This document shows, piece after piece, positions 26,382 to 38,882 of a DNA stretch of 64,000 nucleotides. The stretch is from Vitrella brassicaformis CCMP3155 (taxonomy: Eukaryota; Protista; Chromerida): contig CDMY01000022.1 in the NCBI GenBank assembly GCA_001179505.1, positions 62,001 to 126,000 of the forward strand, given 5' to 3'. The notes below the pieces were generated by a model, which was given only the letters and a program-made list of their open reading frames with translations, ran no database searches and was not told where the DNA came from. The translations under genes and the position numbers were made by a program. Positions within the stretch are counted from its first letter, which is position 1; each line of letters starts with the position of its first letter.

Positions 26382-28329
26382 ATGCGGCGATTGGCGAGAG
26401 ACCTGAGGCTTGCAAGGCCTTCACGCGATGAGCTGTGGTCCCACTACAGGAGGAGGCCGCATCGGCATGTCAGCATCCCGGCGGCCAAATCAACACCATC
26501 GCATGGGCACCAGCAGCTGCCTCTGCTGCGTCTGCACCACCGGCAGCAGCGCGGATCTGCCCCGTGCCCTTTTCCCGACGACGGTAGATTGATGACCGAG
26601 GCGGCCTGGACGACACTGTCAAGCCGACCTGTCACTGCACCAGGTGTCCAGCTGTCAGCAGCAGAGGCACCATGCGCCTCGCGCGCACCAAGATCCCCCC
26701 TCCCTCCCTCTCTCCACCACCACCACCCGCCACGGCGGTGGCCAGTCCACCACCGCTGCCACGGCACATTTGTCAGCCGTCGGCTGATGTCGTCGTCATC
26801 AGCCGCAGCCGAGCGGCGTGGTGAGCCAGATGCCGACACGGACGAGGGCGCGACGCCTTTCCGTGAGAGGCTGGCGGGGGACGTGGGTGTGTCGAGTGAG
26901 CATGACGCGAAGCGGCTGGTGCTGGGTTTGTCATCCGACGAGCGGCTGATGTTCGAGCGTGCGCTGGTCAAGGTGCGGGAGGACGAGGCGTGGCGCGCGA
27001 GGAAGGGCGGCGGGCAGCTGCACCCCGTTGAACACGAGTGCCAGGCCGACCAGATATTTCAGACCATTGACGACAACAAAGGCAAGCCACCCCACCACAC
27101 ACCACGCTCAGCACACGCAGCGCATCGTTGTTCCTTCCTTGTGTGTGTCAGATGGGTTCGTCTCTCGTCGGGAGTTCCGCAACTTCTACAACAGCATCGT
27201 GTTGCCGGCTCGTGAGGTTCAGCAGGCCAAGGTGTCTGAGCTGAACCACCAGCTCAACCAGCTCAAGGCCTGGCGCGACAGACAGGGGGAAGGGGCCCAT
27301 GCCGCCCCGGGAGCCGATGGCTCAGCAGGGGAGGGCATCACGTCCAACCAGCTGGCACTGGTGCTCATCAGGGGCATGATTCCCTATATCGGCTTCGGGC
27401 TGTGCGACAATGCTGTGAGGGAGATACACACACCACACATGGAGAGAGAGAGAAGAACGGCGTCTCTGTGTGTGTGTGTGTGTGTGTTTGGTCGATTGGG
27501 TCGTTTGCTCGTTTGTTGGTTTGGTTCCTTCAGCTGATGCTGGTGGCTGGTGAGTGGATAGACAAGACCGCTGGGGCCGCATTCTGCCTCTCCACACTCG
27601 CGGTGAGTGGGGTGGGTCAAGGGGTCGGTCGGCAACACAACACACGCAATCACAGGAACCGTCCGAGAGCTGCCCTTCCTGGTTTGTCCATAACGGTTTC
27701 CTTAATGAATGCAGTCTGCCGGCTTCGGCAACCTGATCAGCTGCGCGACCGGTGTGGTCACCGGCGGGTTCATCGAACGCTTCTCATACCAAATCGGTGG
27801 GTGAATGCATTGCCCGGCCTCAGTACTTGACCCGGGCGGCTGCACCGGTGCTGCCCTAGGCAGACACGCTTCGCTGTGTACCGGCTGTTCAGGTGTTCCG
27901 TCTCCCAACTTGACCCCCCAGCAGGCCGAGTCGCAGTCCGTCAAGAACCTGCACATCATCGGATCGGTGCTCGGCATCTGCGTCGGGTGAGTGAGCCGAC
28001 AGAGCCACACCACACTCTCAGCTTTGCACGGCACCTGTAAAACCAGGAATGCATAGCAGTGCTATGGACGCACTCTGTCGCACGAGTCAGTTGGTCTGTT
28101 GGTTGTTCTCGTCCTCTCCGTGGCTGGTCTGGTCGGTTCATTCAGGTGCTTCATCGGTATGTTTCCGCTGTACTTTCTCCCGACGGCCAACGGCAACGGC
28201 CATGGCAACGGCGGCCATGGCAGTGGCAGGGGGCACTGCACACTGGACAATGCCGCTGTCAAGGCGGGAGACGACGAGTGTGCCAAGGCTGCTGCTGGTG
28301 CTGCTGCTGCTGCTGCTGCAGAAAAGTAG
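26382..28329 (+). CDS. Mitochondrial TMEM65-family protein with an N-terminal EF-hand
   Basis: Arg-rich presequence MRRLARDLRLARPS. A GC-AG intron (27082-27151) joins IFQTIDDNK|DGFVSRREF into a canonical EF loop. TMEM65 motifs: MIPYIGFGLCDNALMLVAGEWID, LSTLAAAGFGNLIS, GSVLGICVGCFIGMFPLYFL. Confidence 0.85.
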
Positions 28330-28741
28330 CTAGGAGGTAGACTGGATGGGTGTGCGATTGATGTGCACAGCCAGTAGACGATGGACGGATGGACGGACGG
28401 ATTGGGCAGCTCGCCCATGACTGACGAATGTGCTGCTGATGTGACAGACACACAGACACAGAGACATGCGTGTGTGTGGAGTGAGTGGCCGAATGACAGA
28501 CCAGCTAACGTATCGATAGTTGGTCCTTCTCTCTATAAGTGTCTGTGTGTCACACGAGTCTTTTTGATTGATCTCTTTCTGTCTGACTCGACTCTGATGT
28601 TGATCGATCAATGGTAGCCAGCCGGATGGATGTCCACTCACGATCCAAACACGCTCAGCTCACGTGACTGACGTGGTTTGGCGTCTTCCCTGCAGACACC
28701 AACACGCCAACACGCAACACGCAACACGCCCCCCCCCCCCC

Positions 28742-29041
28742 NNNNNNNNNNNNNNNNNNNNNNNNNNNNNNNNNNNNNNNNNNNNNNNNNNNNNNNNNNN
28801 NNNNNNNNNNNNNNNNNNNNNNNNNNNNNNNNNNNNNNNNNNNNNNNNNNNNNNNNNNNNNNNNNNNNNNNNNNNNNNNNNNNNNNNNNNNNNNNNNNNN
28901 NNNNNNNNNNNNNNNNNNNNNNNNNNNNNNNNNNNNNNNNNNNNNNNNNNNNNNNNNNNNNNNNNNNNNNNNNNNNNNNNNNNNNNNNNNNNNNNNNNNN
29001 NNNNNNNNNNNNNNNNNNNNNNNNNNNNNNNNNNNNNNNNN
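28742..29041. other. Assembly gap (N run) flanked by poly-C
   Basis: 300 N. Confidence 1.
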
Positions 29042-29449
29042 CCCCCCCCCCCCCCACACAGTGCTCCAGCACAAGAAACACCAGACGGAGGGTGCGAGCC
29101 AGATGTCACGTCACAAACCGCTCCACTGCCTGTCTCTCCATCCCTCAAGCTCTCTACGCTAAATGACGACGACACACAACGCATCACATAGCCAGACAAC
29201 ACAAGACAACGATCCGTCCCCCTCTCTCTCTCTCTCTCTGTATCCCTCCCCACCGCCAAACATTAGAAAAGCCCACAAACGAACGGACTGAACTGACTGA
29301 GTGGTTCGTTGGGGCAGGCCTGGCTCCGCCACACATGAGACACTCGCGCGGTGATCCACCTCCTCTCCCCACTGCCGTCCGTCTTTGCAGTTCAAGATGG
29401 AATAGGAAGACTACTTTGGGATGACAACTGACTACTTGTGAGTGTCTTA

Positions 29450-32400
29450 TCAGGGGAGTCTACTCGGTCGGTCGTTGTACTCCTTCACTCCCCCGGCAGC
29501 TGCAGCTGCTTGACCGGCGTGGCCGTCCTCACCAACACCGTCAGAGACACAGCCTGGGTCGTCACCACGGACACACACACACACACACACACAGAGACAG
29601 AGAGAGAGAGAGAGAGAGGATTCCAGCGCGCGTCTTGTTGTGGGTGTGGGTGTCATATCTGTGGGTGTGGGTGTGGCTGCCTACGGTGGTGAGGATGGTG
29701 CATGCGATGCAGGGCACGAAGGCCACTATGGCCAGGGCCATCACCGCCACCGCACTCCGGTCCTGACGCCACCACTGAATGCGCACCCACACCGACACTA
29801 CACACACACACACACACAGCCAGAAGATCCCCGAGCTGCAGCGATTGTGTTCGTGTCTGTCTGTCTGTGTGTCCTACGCGAGAAGGCCAGCCCGACGATG
29901 CCGGCCAGGCATGTGCCCAGCAGAGTGGTCAGCTCCACGACATGAGGGATGAGCTGCGACACCACCACGGGCACACCCACAACAAACAGGGTCGAGGCGA
30001 TGTACTCTAACACCTCCAGCGCTGGTAGGACAGACAAAACACACACACACACACACACACAGAGAGATAGAGCGAGAGAGGTTCGCTTATTCGCTCCCTC
30101 TGTCGTGTCTTTTCTCCCGTGCGTAGCTTACGCTGCAGGTCTTCAATGGGTTCGATCATATCCATGGCGATCCCATGCCACCCCCCGCTCCCACTGGCCG
30201 TGTGCGTCAGCCCACAGCTGCCGTTCAGCCCCGAGCTGCTCGCACTGACCCCGCTGCTGCTGCGGGCAAACCCGCCCTCGCGCCGCCCCTCCCGCCTCAC
30301 CGAGCGCTCGAGGTGCGGCAACAAACTGTCGCTCACAGTGCGGACGGGGCGGTCGGCATCGTCGGGGTGCTGGGTGTCTCTGTCTCGTGGCAGCAGAGGC
30401 TCCCTCGGCCCCTCACCGCCCTCGACAGGGGTGCGGCTTCTTGCTATGGGTGAGGTGGACAGCGGGCGGGGCCGCTCCCTCTTGGACGCGCGAAAGATGC
30501 CGCGTGAGTTGCGGATGCTCGTGGCGGTGACGCCCCGGCGCTTGAATGAGGGCCTGGAGAGAGAGGCCGGGAGAGAGGCCGCACCCGGCTGGCTGGCCGT
30601 GCCGTTAGAAGGTGTCCCCTCTGCGTCCCCTTGGTCGAGGGGGAATGGCGGCAGCGCCGGCACTCCTGACCCACCCTCGCCCTCGCCCCCCTCCTGCCCG
30701 ACCAGACTGGCCTCACTGCCGCTGTGGCTGCCGGGGAGTGGCCCGCCTCGTATGGCCGCCTCGAGGGCACTCATGACGGGCTGCATCCGTCGCATCGTCT
30801 CGCTGTTGATGCTGCCCTGACCAGGGCTGCCCAGACCAGACGAGGGGCGGACGGGGGCCGCGCCAGAAGCCGAGTGCGGCGACTGACCTGAGCCGTCCTG
30901 AATGAGCAAGTCGATTGAGCTGCCGCCACCGCTGGCCACTACCCCGGCGCCAAGGTCCCCTGGACGGGTGTGGCCACGACCCTGCACAAACACACAGCAC
31001 ACAACAGACAGACACACAGAGACACACACGTGGTGCGTGCGCATTGAAGAGAGAGGGAGACAGTGTGATGAATCCATCCATAACTTGATGATACCCACCC
31101 ACCGGTGCTTCATCCCGCCGAGCAACAGCCACGTTGGATCCCCATGTAGCCGCGTCACTGTCATTGTTCTGTGACGCCCGCTGACGCAATGTGACGCCGC
31201 GGCGGTGGGAGGAGTGGCGTGTGCCGTGTGCGCGGTGGGGTGAGTCGGGAATGACGTCTAGGCGGGGGAGGGATGACGGGGCGAAAAAGTGTGGCGACCT
31301 GTGGTCGAAAGGCGTCGGCAGGGTGGCGGGGCCGCCAGCCAAGTACTCGACGGAGAGGTATGCTGAGTGGCGGTGGCTGTGCTGCATGGGCAGCTGGGTT
31401 GCCTGCGGGCTGGCAAGCACACACGTCTGGTCTATCCTGCGGGGGGGGACACACACGGCAGGCAGGGCACACACAGGACAGACAGGGGGATGGATCAACA
31501 CAAACACACAACACACACACACACAAACACACATCGGCCGGCGATGGATCTGATCACCAGGGCCACCCGACCCACCTGGTATCAGTGGCCGCCGTGTACA
31601 GCTCCCCGGTTCGCCACATTTTGCCGAAGAACATGAGTGTGGACCTCAGCATTTGGCTGCACAGCGCCAGGCTACTCACCATCCCGCAGCAGTACACCAC
31701 CCTGCCCACCGTAAGGCTGTACGCCCCCACTATCCACACCGCTCTCCGCCACCCCGTGGCCCAATCACCACCGGCACTCTCCATCTTCTTTTTCGTAATG
31801 GTCGACCCTCGCAGCAGCGGGGGCGGCGGCGATTGGTGTGCTTCCGACGGCACCACTGGCACCTCCTCCAGGTCTAGCAGGCTGAACGAGGCGGCCACGG
31901 CCAGTGCGACATAGAAGAGGGTCTGAATGGCTGTGCTGACGGCCAGGAGGCCGATCACCCGAGCCTTCGACGGGGAGGCGATCTGCCCGAGCACGTTGAA
32001 AAAGTGTCGGTGGCAGCAGAAGAAAAACAGGATCACGGCCAAGGCAGCGGCGTGGTCCATCATCAGCTGGAGGGGCCGCGGAATCCCCTTGACCGTCGGC
32101 AAGCGGCAGCCCTGATGGCCATCGCCATGATCGCTGGCGTGATCGTGCCAGTTCATCGTGGGGTCGGTGGTGCCGTCCTCACTGATTATGTCGGCGTACA
32201 GCCACTCCCCTCGTGTCACGTTCGCCGTAGTGCCGCCATGGGAGAAGCCGCCGCCAGTGCCACGAGGCATCCCCAGCCCCGTGGCGTCATCGAACGGCTG
32301 CCGATCCACTGCCGTATGAGAGGATGGCAGCGGGATGGCACTCACAATGACGGCGATGACAGCGAGCAGCAGCGTGGCGGCGAGGGTGAGCCGTCTTGTC

Positions 32401-32912
32401 CACCAGGTGAGCTTCGAGTAGTTGACCAGAAGCGTCAACGGGATGACCAGACACAGCGCCGCGATGAGGGACGAGATGAAGGGGATGGACAGAAAGGCCG
32501 CCATGGACGAGCTGCTGGAGTCCCACGGCATCATGTGCAGCAAGACACCTTTCCACACCACCCGAAAGAGGTCCCAGCACAGGCAAGCCGTCACCAAGGT
32601 CTCGATGAAGAGGAAGACATCCAGCAGCTTCGCGGCGGGGGTGCCGATGAGCGACAGGACGGTGTCCTGATAGCTCTCCCCTCCGATGCGCAGCGCAGCC
32701 GTGGCCAGCATCGCCAGCGACGCCAGAGTCACCGAGGCCGCCATGACGATGTACACGCAGCTGGCGGTCACGCCGACAGTGCGCACGACGTAGGGCATCA
32801 GGAAGAGGGCGAACCCCAGGCCCATGCCGCTGGATGTGCCCACGAAACTCAACACCGACGACACGGAATTCTTCCGCAGCATCATCCTCATGGTCGGATC
32901 CATCATGGCCAT
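29450..32912 (-). CDS. Amino acid transporter, AAAP/Aa_trans (SLC38-like) family, with large disordered insertion; 3' exons uncertain
   Basis: SSVLSFVGTSSGMGLGFALFLMPY, ESYQDTV, IPLTLLVNYSKL, LAVILFFFCCHRHFF, multiple TMs in exon 32912-31576. Low-complexity exons at ~31420-30130, then final TMs (LIPHVVELTTLLGTCLAGIVGLAF; AVMALAIVAFVPCIACTIL). I could not fix the phase of the last exons. Confidence 0.75.
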
Positions 32913-33452
32913 CGACGGACAGAGAGAACAGACACACAGGCGCAGGGAGAGAAAGAAACAGAGAGAGGTGGTTGAAAAGATATGCGGTGTGGACCGCCGG
33001 GCTAGCTTTGTGCAGGAAAATCGCCCGCGAGACCGTCTCGGAAAATCGCAGAGGAGATGGCCGGTAGCTACGCTAACAAGCTCACTCCTCCATACCACTC
33101 CCTTAACATGCACCAGAGAAGTAGGAGATGGGTGGGCCTTTTCGAATGTGGCCTGTCCACAGCGGCCGACTCAGCCAGCGCCACCCCGTCCATCCACCTG
33201 AATCACACACAGAGGGACAGACAGGCAGACACAAACAGGCAGAGAAGATCAGATGCACTGCGCGGATGGCGGTGATCTTTCCAAATACGAGTGCACTGAC
33301 TTACCAAAAAGCGGCAGCGGGCTGCTGGGGGGGGAGATGTAGGGGAGGGAAGAGGAGACTGCCTTTCAAATTTGAGCTCGCAGGCAGATCTGGAAGGCGG
33401 CGTCCTCCCCCGCTGGCCGCTGGAGTGGCAGAAGGTGCTCGTGGTTTGCACA

Positions 33453-34066
33453 ATGAAGTGTGCGGCAGCTGCCATCTTCATCGCCCTGTCCTCCGTACTC
33501 CGCGATGCCGCGGCATTCGTCGTGCCCACCCCCCTCTCCCTCCCCTCCCGCCAGCTGTCGCTGCCATCCCCCCTCCCGCCCTCCCCCTCCCCGTCCCCCT
33601 CTCGCAACTTGCTGACGATGAAGGCGCACCCCAACTTTCGCAAGGGCAACACGCAGCGGCTGGGGCGGGCTGCGGACCAGAGGAAGGCGCTCCTGCGGTC
33701 CCTCACGACGGCCTGCCTCAAGTATGGGAGCATCCGGACGACCGAGGCCAAGGCCAAGCAGGCGGCGCGGCACGTTGACAAGATGATTGGTCTGGCCAAG
33801 AGGGGGGACCTGCACGCATTCAGGCAGGCCCTCGGGTGGCTCTACGACAAAGATCTCACCTTCAGAGTCTTTGAAGCGGTCAGCCAGTCAGCCACACTGC
33901 ACTGGTCAGACAGTTGAGTCAACAGAGAGAGATGTGTGTGTGTGTGTGTCGTGTGCAGGCTCCGGCTCGTTATGCGGAGAGGCGGTGTGGTTACACGAGG
34001 GTGAAGCTGATACAGAAGCAGCGGAAGGGCGACAACGCAAGGATGGCCATACTCGAGCTCGTCTAG
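33453..34066 (+). CDS. rpl17: Plastid 50S ribosomal protein L17, nucleus-encoded (2 exons)
   Basis: Bipartite leader MKCAAAAIFIALSSVLRDAAAFVVP; RLGRAADQRKALLRSLTTACLKYGSIRTTEAKAK...APARYAERRCGYTRV...RKGDNARMAILELV*. Confidence 0.97.
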
Positions 34067-34490
34067 TGTGGCTGAGCTGCTGCATCGCCCACATGGGCAA
34101 TGCCATGTGGATGGATGGATGGATGATTGGATGCAGTGCACTGCTCTCCAAGAGAGACGCGCGACGGACCTCACCGCTGACCGAACCGATGGGACGGGTG
34201 TGATCTAACGTCATTTCAACCACCTCTGGGGCGTGTGTGTTGCAGTGCAGAGATCCCATCCATCGATGAGTCACCTTACCCACCCACCTGCCGGTTAATT
34301 CAGCTGAGTCTGCATGGCAACTGACTGACGACAAACACATTACACACACCAGCTGGCACCAGCCATCACCATGCACCACTCACCATGCGCACTGATCATC
34401 AACCAACCAACACATGAATGACGCATTTATCCAACTCACTCCAACCGAATCACTGCTTTCTTCCAGCTGCAGGCAAGACCCCTTCCCCCC

Positions 34491-34790
34491 NNNNNNNNNN
34501 NNNNNNNNNNNNNNNNNNNNNNNNNNNNNNNNNNNNNNNNNNNNNNNNNNNNNNNNNNNNNNNNNNNNNNNNNNNNNNNNNNNNNNNNNNNNNNNNNNNN
34601 NNNNNNNNNNNNNNNNNNNNNNNNNNNNNNNNNNNNNNNNNNNNNNNNNNNNNNNNNNNNNNNNNNNNNNNNNNNNNNNNNNNNNNNNNNNNNNNNNNNN
34701 NNNNNNNNNNNNNNNNNNNNNNNNNNNNNNNNNNNNNNNNNNNNNNNNNNNNNNNNNNNNNNNNNNNNNNNNNNNNNNNNNNNNNNNNNN
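34491..34790. other. Assembly gap (N run) flanked by poly-C
   Basis: 300 N. Confidence 1.
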
Positions 34791-35949
34791 CCCCCCCCAC
34801 ACAGAGAGAGAGAGAGAGAGGAAGAGAGAGGCGACGTAGCCTCCCTCTCGCACCCGCCCACCCCCACATCCATACCCACACCAGTTGAGCTCATCACGTC
34901 CGGCAGCCAGTTGTGGAAAATTAAAACTTACGCAAGAGAGAGGGGCAACACAATGAACGGCTGCGCCGGGGCGTGGTGGGGTTGAGGCAGACAGGCAGAC
35001 AGGCACACTCGGCAAAATCGTGCAGTGTCCGGTGTCAGTCGATCTTGTTACGAGATGGGGGGGATCGTGCGCAGGAAACAGCCGATACACATGCAAAAAA
35101 TACATGCCAGTGAGTGTGCACGGGGGGAGGGGAGGGGAGAGGGAAGGAGAGTAGGTACGCCTGTGGGGTGAGCACCTGTCGGCCTGGCCTCTCTGGGTGT
35201 GTGTGTGGGTGTGCCTGCCTGAATCCATCTGACTGTCTGTCTCCTCTCTGCGGGTAAGTGAGTGAGACAGCAGTGAGAGCACGCAGCTGTCTGTGCGTGC
35301 CCTTCTAATATGTAAGTGACTCCGTCCCCGTGTGCAAAACATACACAGTCGCCTGCCCGTCTGCCAGCCTGCCTGCCTGCCGTTTGTTCGCTAGCTGGAG
35401 TGAGTGGAGTCGTCATCCATCGGCGTGGCGTGGTGTGTGTGGTGCGTCTTGCGTGCCAACCACAGACAGCCTATGGATGGATGGATGGATGGAGGATAGA
35501 TGGACAGCCTCAATCGAGAGTCCTGGTCTTGACATGGTCTCATCCATCTCTCAAAATACGTAGAGAAGGTCGCCCCACACCCTCACACCACACGCCAACA
35601 GCACATCTCGCACTGCGTCCCTGCCTGCCTGCCTGGCTGGCTGCCCGCCTGCCTAGCGGGCTCAGCGACGGACAGGCACACAGAAAAAATGTGGCTGGCA
35701 AGTAGGTGGCTTGTGCCAGCTCTCGACCTTCGCACCGCACACACCGCAGTCCATCCCCCTCTCACCCCTGACTCCCTCCCTCCCTATACACGCACACATC
35801 ACATCTGTCATTGCATCAAATCACCCATATCAAGGACAGAAAAGAAGCCCCCGGCGCGCACAACAACAAGCACGCTGGTGCCACCCTTCATAGTCAGGTC
35901 AGGTAGCCAGCAGGGACCCCCACAATGGGCAGGCAGGAAGGAAAAGTCG

Positions 35950-38548
35950 TCACTTGGCTGCTGATGCCTTGGGGATGTACTTCTGCTTGGTGGACGATGC
36001 GGCGGACGCCTGGGAAGCGGCGGTATCGTGTTGGCCGTCGGCCGCCCCGCACACGTCAGCAGCAGCGCTGTCCTGCGTCCGGTGCCCACCGCCGCTGTTG
36101 TTGCCGTTGCCGTTGCCGCGCCCCCGCCCGCCTCCAGCCACACCCCCACTGCCGTTCCCCCTGGTGGCCACGAGACCCCTCCCCCTGCCGCCCCTGTATC
36201 CCCCGCCGCCCCCACCCCGCTGCTGGCCAGCGCCGTCATGCGGCCCTCCCTGCGGCCCCCATCCCCCTCCTGACCCACCCGCCAGGTCTGTGTCTTTTGA
36301 TGGCCACCCGGGATGGCGGTTCTTGTTAGGGGGGGGTCGTGGGTGGGGGTGGGGGTAGCCCTGCTGCTGGAAGTGGTCAGGGTTGGGGGACTGGTCGAGG
36401 GTGGGGGAGCGGTCTGGGCCGGTGGAGTAGATGGGCCGCAGGCGGTGCTGGTCGCGGGGGAAACGGGTGCGGCCTCGGGGCGGCTTGCCCGTCAGACCAA
36501 ACTGACGATTCACCTGACAGACAGGCGACACGCATGGCCAATGCAACGCAGACACTGTCTGTCTGTCTGTCTGCGTGTTGGTGGTGTGCAGTGCATGTCA
36601 TGTCACCAGTCAGTGCCTGTCTGTGCATACCATACCTGCTCCATCTCTTCGTCGATCTGGAAGAGGTCCCGCTCCATGTCAGAGTACACCTGCATGGATT
36701 GGATGGATGGATGGCCGACAGAGAGGCAGACGATGGATGGATGGATGGATGGATGGTTCGATCCCTCCCTCCCTCCCTCACTGTTTCTTGTGCTCACCTC
36801 TCTGTACTGGAGGTGGGTTTCAATCATCATCTTCGCCAGCGATACGTTGGCCCGCTTCCCGCACAACTCGTAGCTACACCGGTCGGGGTGGTACCTACAC
36901 CAACACCACACACACCACAAACACCACACAACACACGGCACAAAGTGCACAAACCCATCAGGCTTGCCCCGTCCCCCCCCTCCCTCCTTTGCAGCCGTAC
37001 GTACGTCATTTTGAAGATGCCGGACGTCTCGGCCACCTCCCTCTCAGACACCCGCCCCTTGTTGTGGTAGTGCATACGCCTGAACGGCCTCTCGCCACGC
37101 CCACCACCACCACCGTATGGGGGCGAGCCGTCATCGTCTCGCGGGCGGGGCGGGTTGAGCCACATGAACTCATCCTTGGTGAGGGTCACATGCTCGCTCA
37201 CGAACTCAAAAGCCGCCCTGGCGCGCTCCAGGGTGTCTTGGGAGGGGCCGAATATCCTGACCTTCGCCATGCCGTCAACAGGGTCCAACACGCGAATATC
37301 AACCTGACAATAGCGACAACGTGTGTGTGAGCATGTGTGTGATAGAACCGACCGATCTCGCCCACCCACCCACCTCGAAGTCGCTTTGGATCTGCTTGAT
37401 GTGCTCTCCGTTTTTGCCGATGTGCATGCCGACCATGCTCTCGGCCACCTCGAATTCGAGCTGCTCGCTCTCCTCGTACTTGGTGCGGCGGGTCTCGAGG
37501 GCCTTGAGCTGCAGCGCCCGGCTGTGGTTGTGCTTCTGAATGTGTGCCAGGTGGTTCATGTGGATATCCAGCATCATGAGCCCACGATCCAACGCCTTGG
37601 GGAAACCCAGCAGCACCAGGATCGGCACCTCACGAGTGCTGCCGCCCGACCCCTGGCTGCCGCTGCCACTGGTGGCAGCCCCGACCCCGCCCTCCTTGCC
37701 ACCATTGTCCTTGCCCGACGCCTCCGACCCGCCGTGAGACGCGCCAGACCGCTCGGGTGCGTGGTTGTCGGTGGCCATGGTGACGATGCGGGCCTGGCCG
37801 ACCCGCTTGTGGTGGTCCCCTCGGTGCCCCCCACCGGTAATGGGCGCGTGTTTGACGAGTATGCGGAGGAGACCGGCCTTTGCAGCGATCTGGTCGAGCT
37901 TGCCCCTGGCCTCCTCGGTGTCCAGCCAGTGGTGGAGTATCTCGGGGACCTCCCTGGAGCGTCGCTGAATCTTGGACCAGTCGACGCGCTCCATGGCGTT
38001 GAGCGGCCGCAGCCGATCCTTCTCGACGATCAGAGCTGGCGAGCCGTCAAACGAGACGAAGTAGAAGCCGTTCTTGATGTTCTGCAGGACGCCTTTCTGC
38101 CAGTAGGGGGGCGACTCGGGGCTGGAGGGGAAGGACACCTCGACACAGTCGCCCTCGTTGGGCTGCAAGTGCTGCGTGGCGATGGCGGGGTCGGACGCCC
38201 GCCGGATGGACGTGCCGCTCACCTCCCGCTCCGCCCACACGTCGCCCTCGAACCGAACCAACACCGTGTTGTCCGAGGGAAGGTCCTCAACAGTCACGGC
38301 ATACCTGCACACACCAGGCAGGCGGGCAGGTAGACAGACAGATGGAGACCATGACGTCATCCCTCCCTCCTCTGTCTGTCTGTCTTCTGCGTATCTGGCT
38401 GCCCTGCCCTGCCCACCGCACAGACCCATACGTACCAGCGGTCTCTTGTTCGCGTGGAGGCGGGGTAGGTGGGCGTGGAGGAGCCTGAGCCGGAGAGTGC
38501 GCCGCCTTCGAGGTCCAGGTTGACCTCGAACTTGGTGCTGCTCTCCAT
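35950..38548 (-). CDS. FMRP/FXR-like RNA-binding protein: tandem Agenet/Tudor, KH0, KH1, degenerate KH2, helix, RGG-rich tail
   Basis: Colinear by eye with FMR1: MESSTKFEV...YAVTVEDLPSDNTVLVRFE...NEGDCVEV...YWQKGVLQNIKNGFYFVSF...IVEKDRLR; REVPEILH; RGLMMLDIHMNHL; EFEVAESMVGMHIGKNGEHIKQI; RIFGPSQDTLERARAAFEF; YELCGKRANVSLAKMMIETHLQY...DLFQIDEEMEQV; GYRGGRGRG tail. Confidence 0.85.
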
Positions 38549-38882
38549 CACTCCAACAGCAGTTAACGCTGAGTGAATGGTCAGAGACGGAAGCCTGCTA
38601 CAGACGGTAGACAACGATGGGGGTGAAGAAGAACAGAATCGACGGCAGACACCGCTTCTCGCTCCCTCAGGCGCGAACCATTTGGTCTCGACTGCGAGCT
38701 AAGCAAGCGGGGGAGGGTCCTCTGTTCCTCATGGAATCAGGCTGTCTGCCACTCACTCAGCATCCAATCAGTCGCAGCATTCCAGCTCGTTATCCCGTCG
38801 CGTCTCACAGCCCGTCTTGAGTCAACATCCATCGGCCAAGTCAAGTCATCTGAGCGGCCTTCCCCCACATCACATAGGCGTC

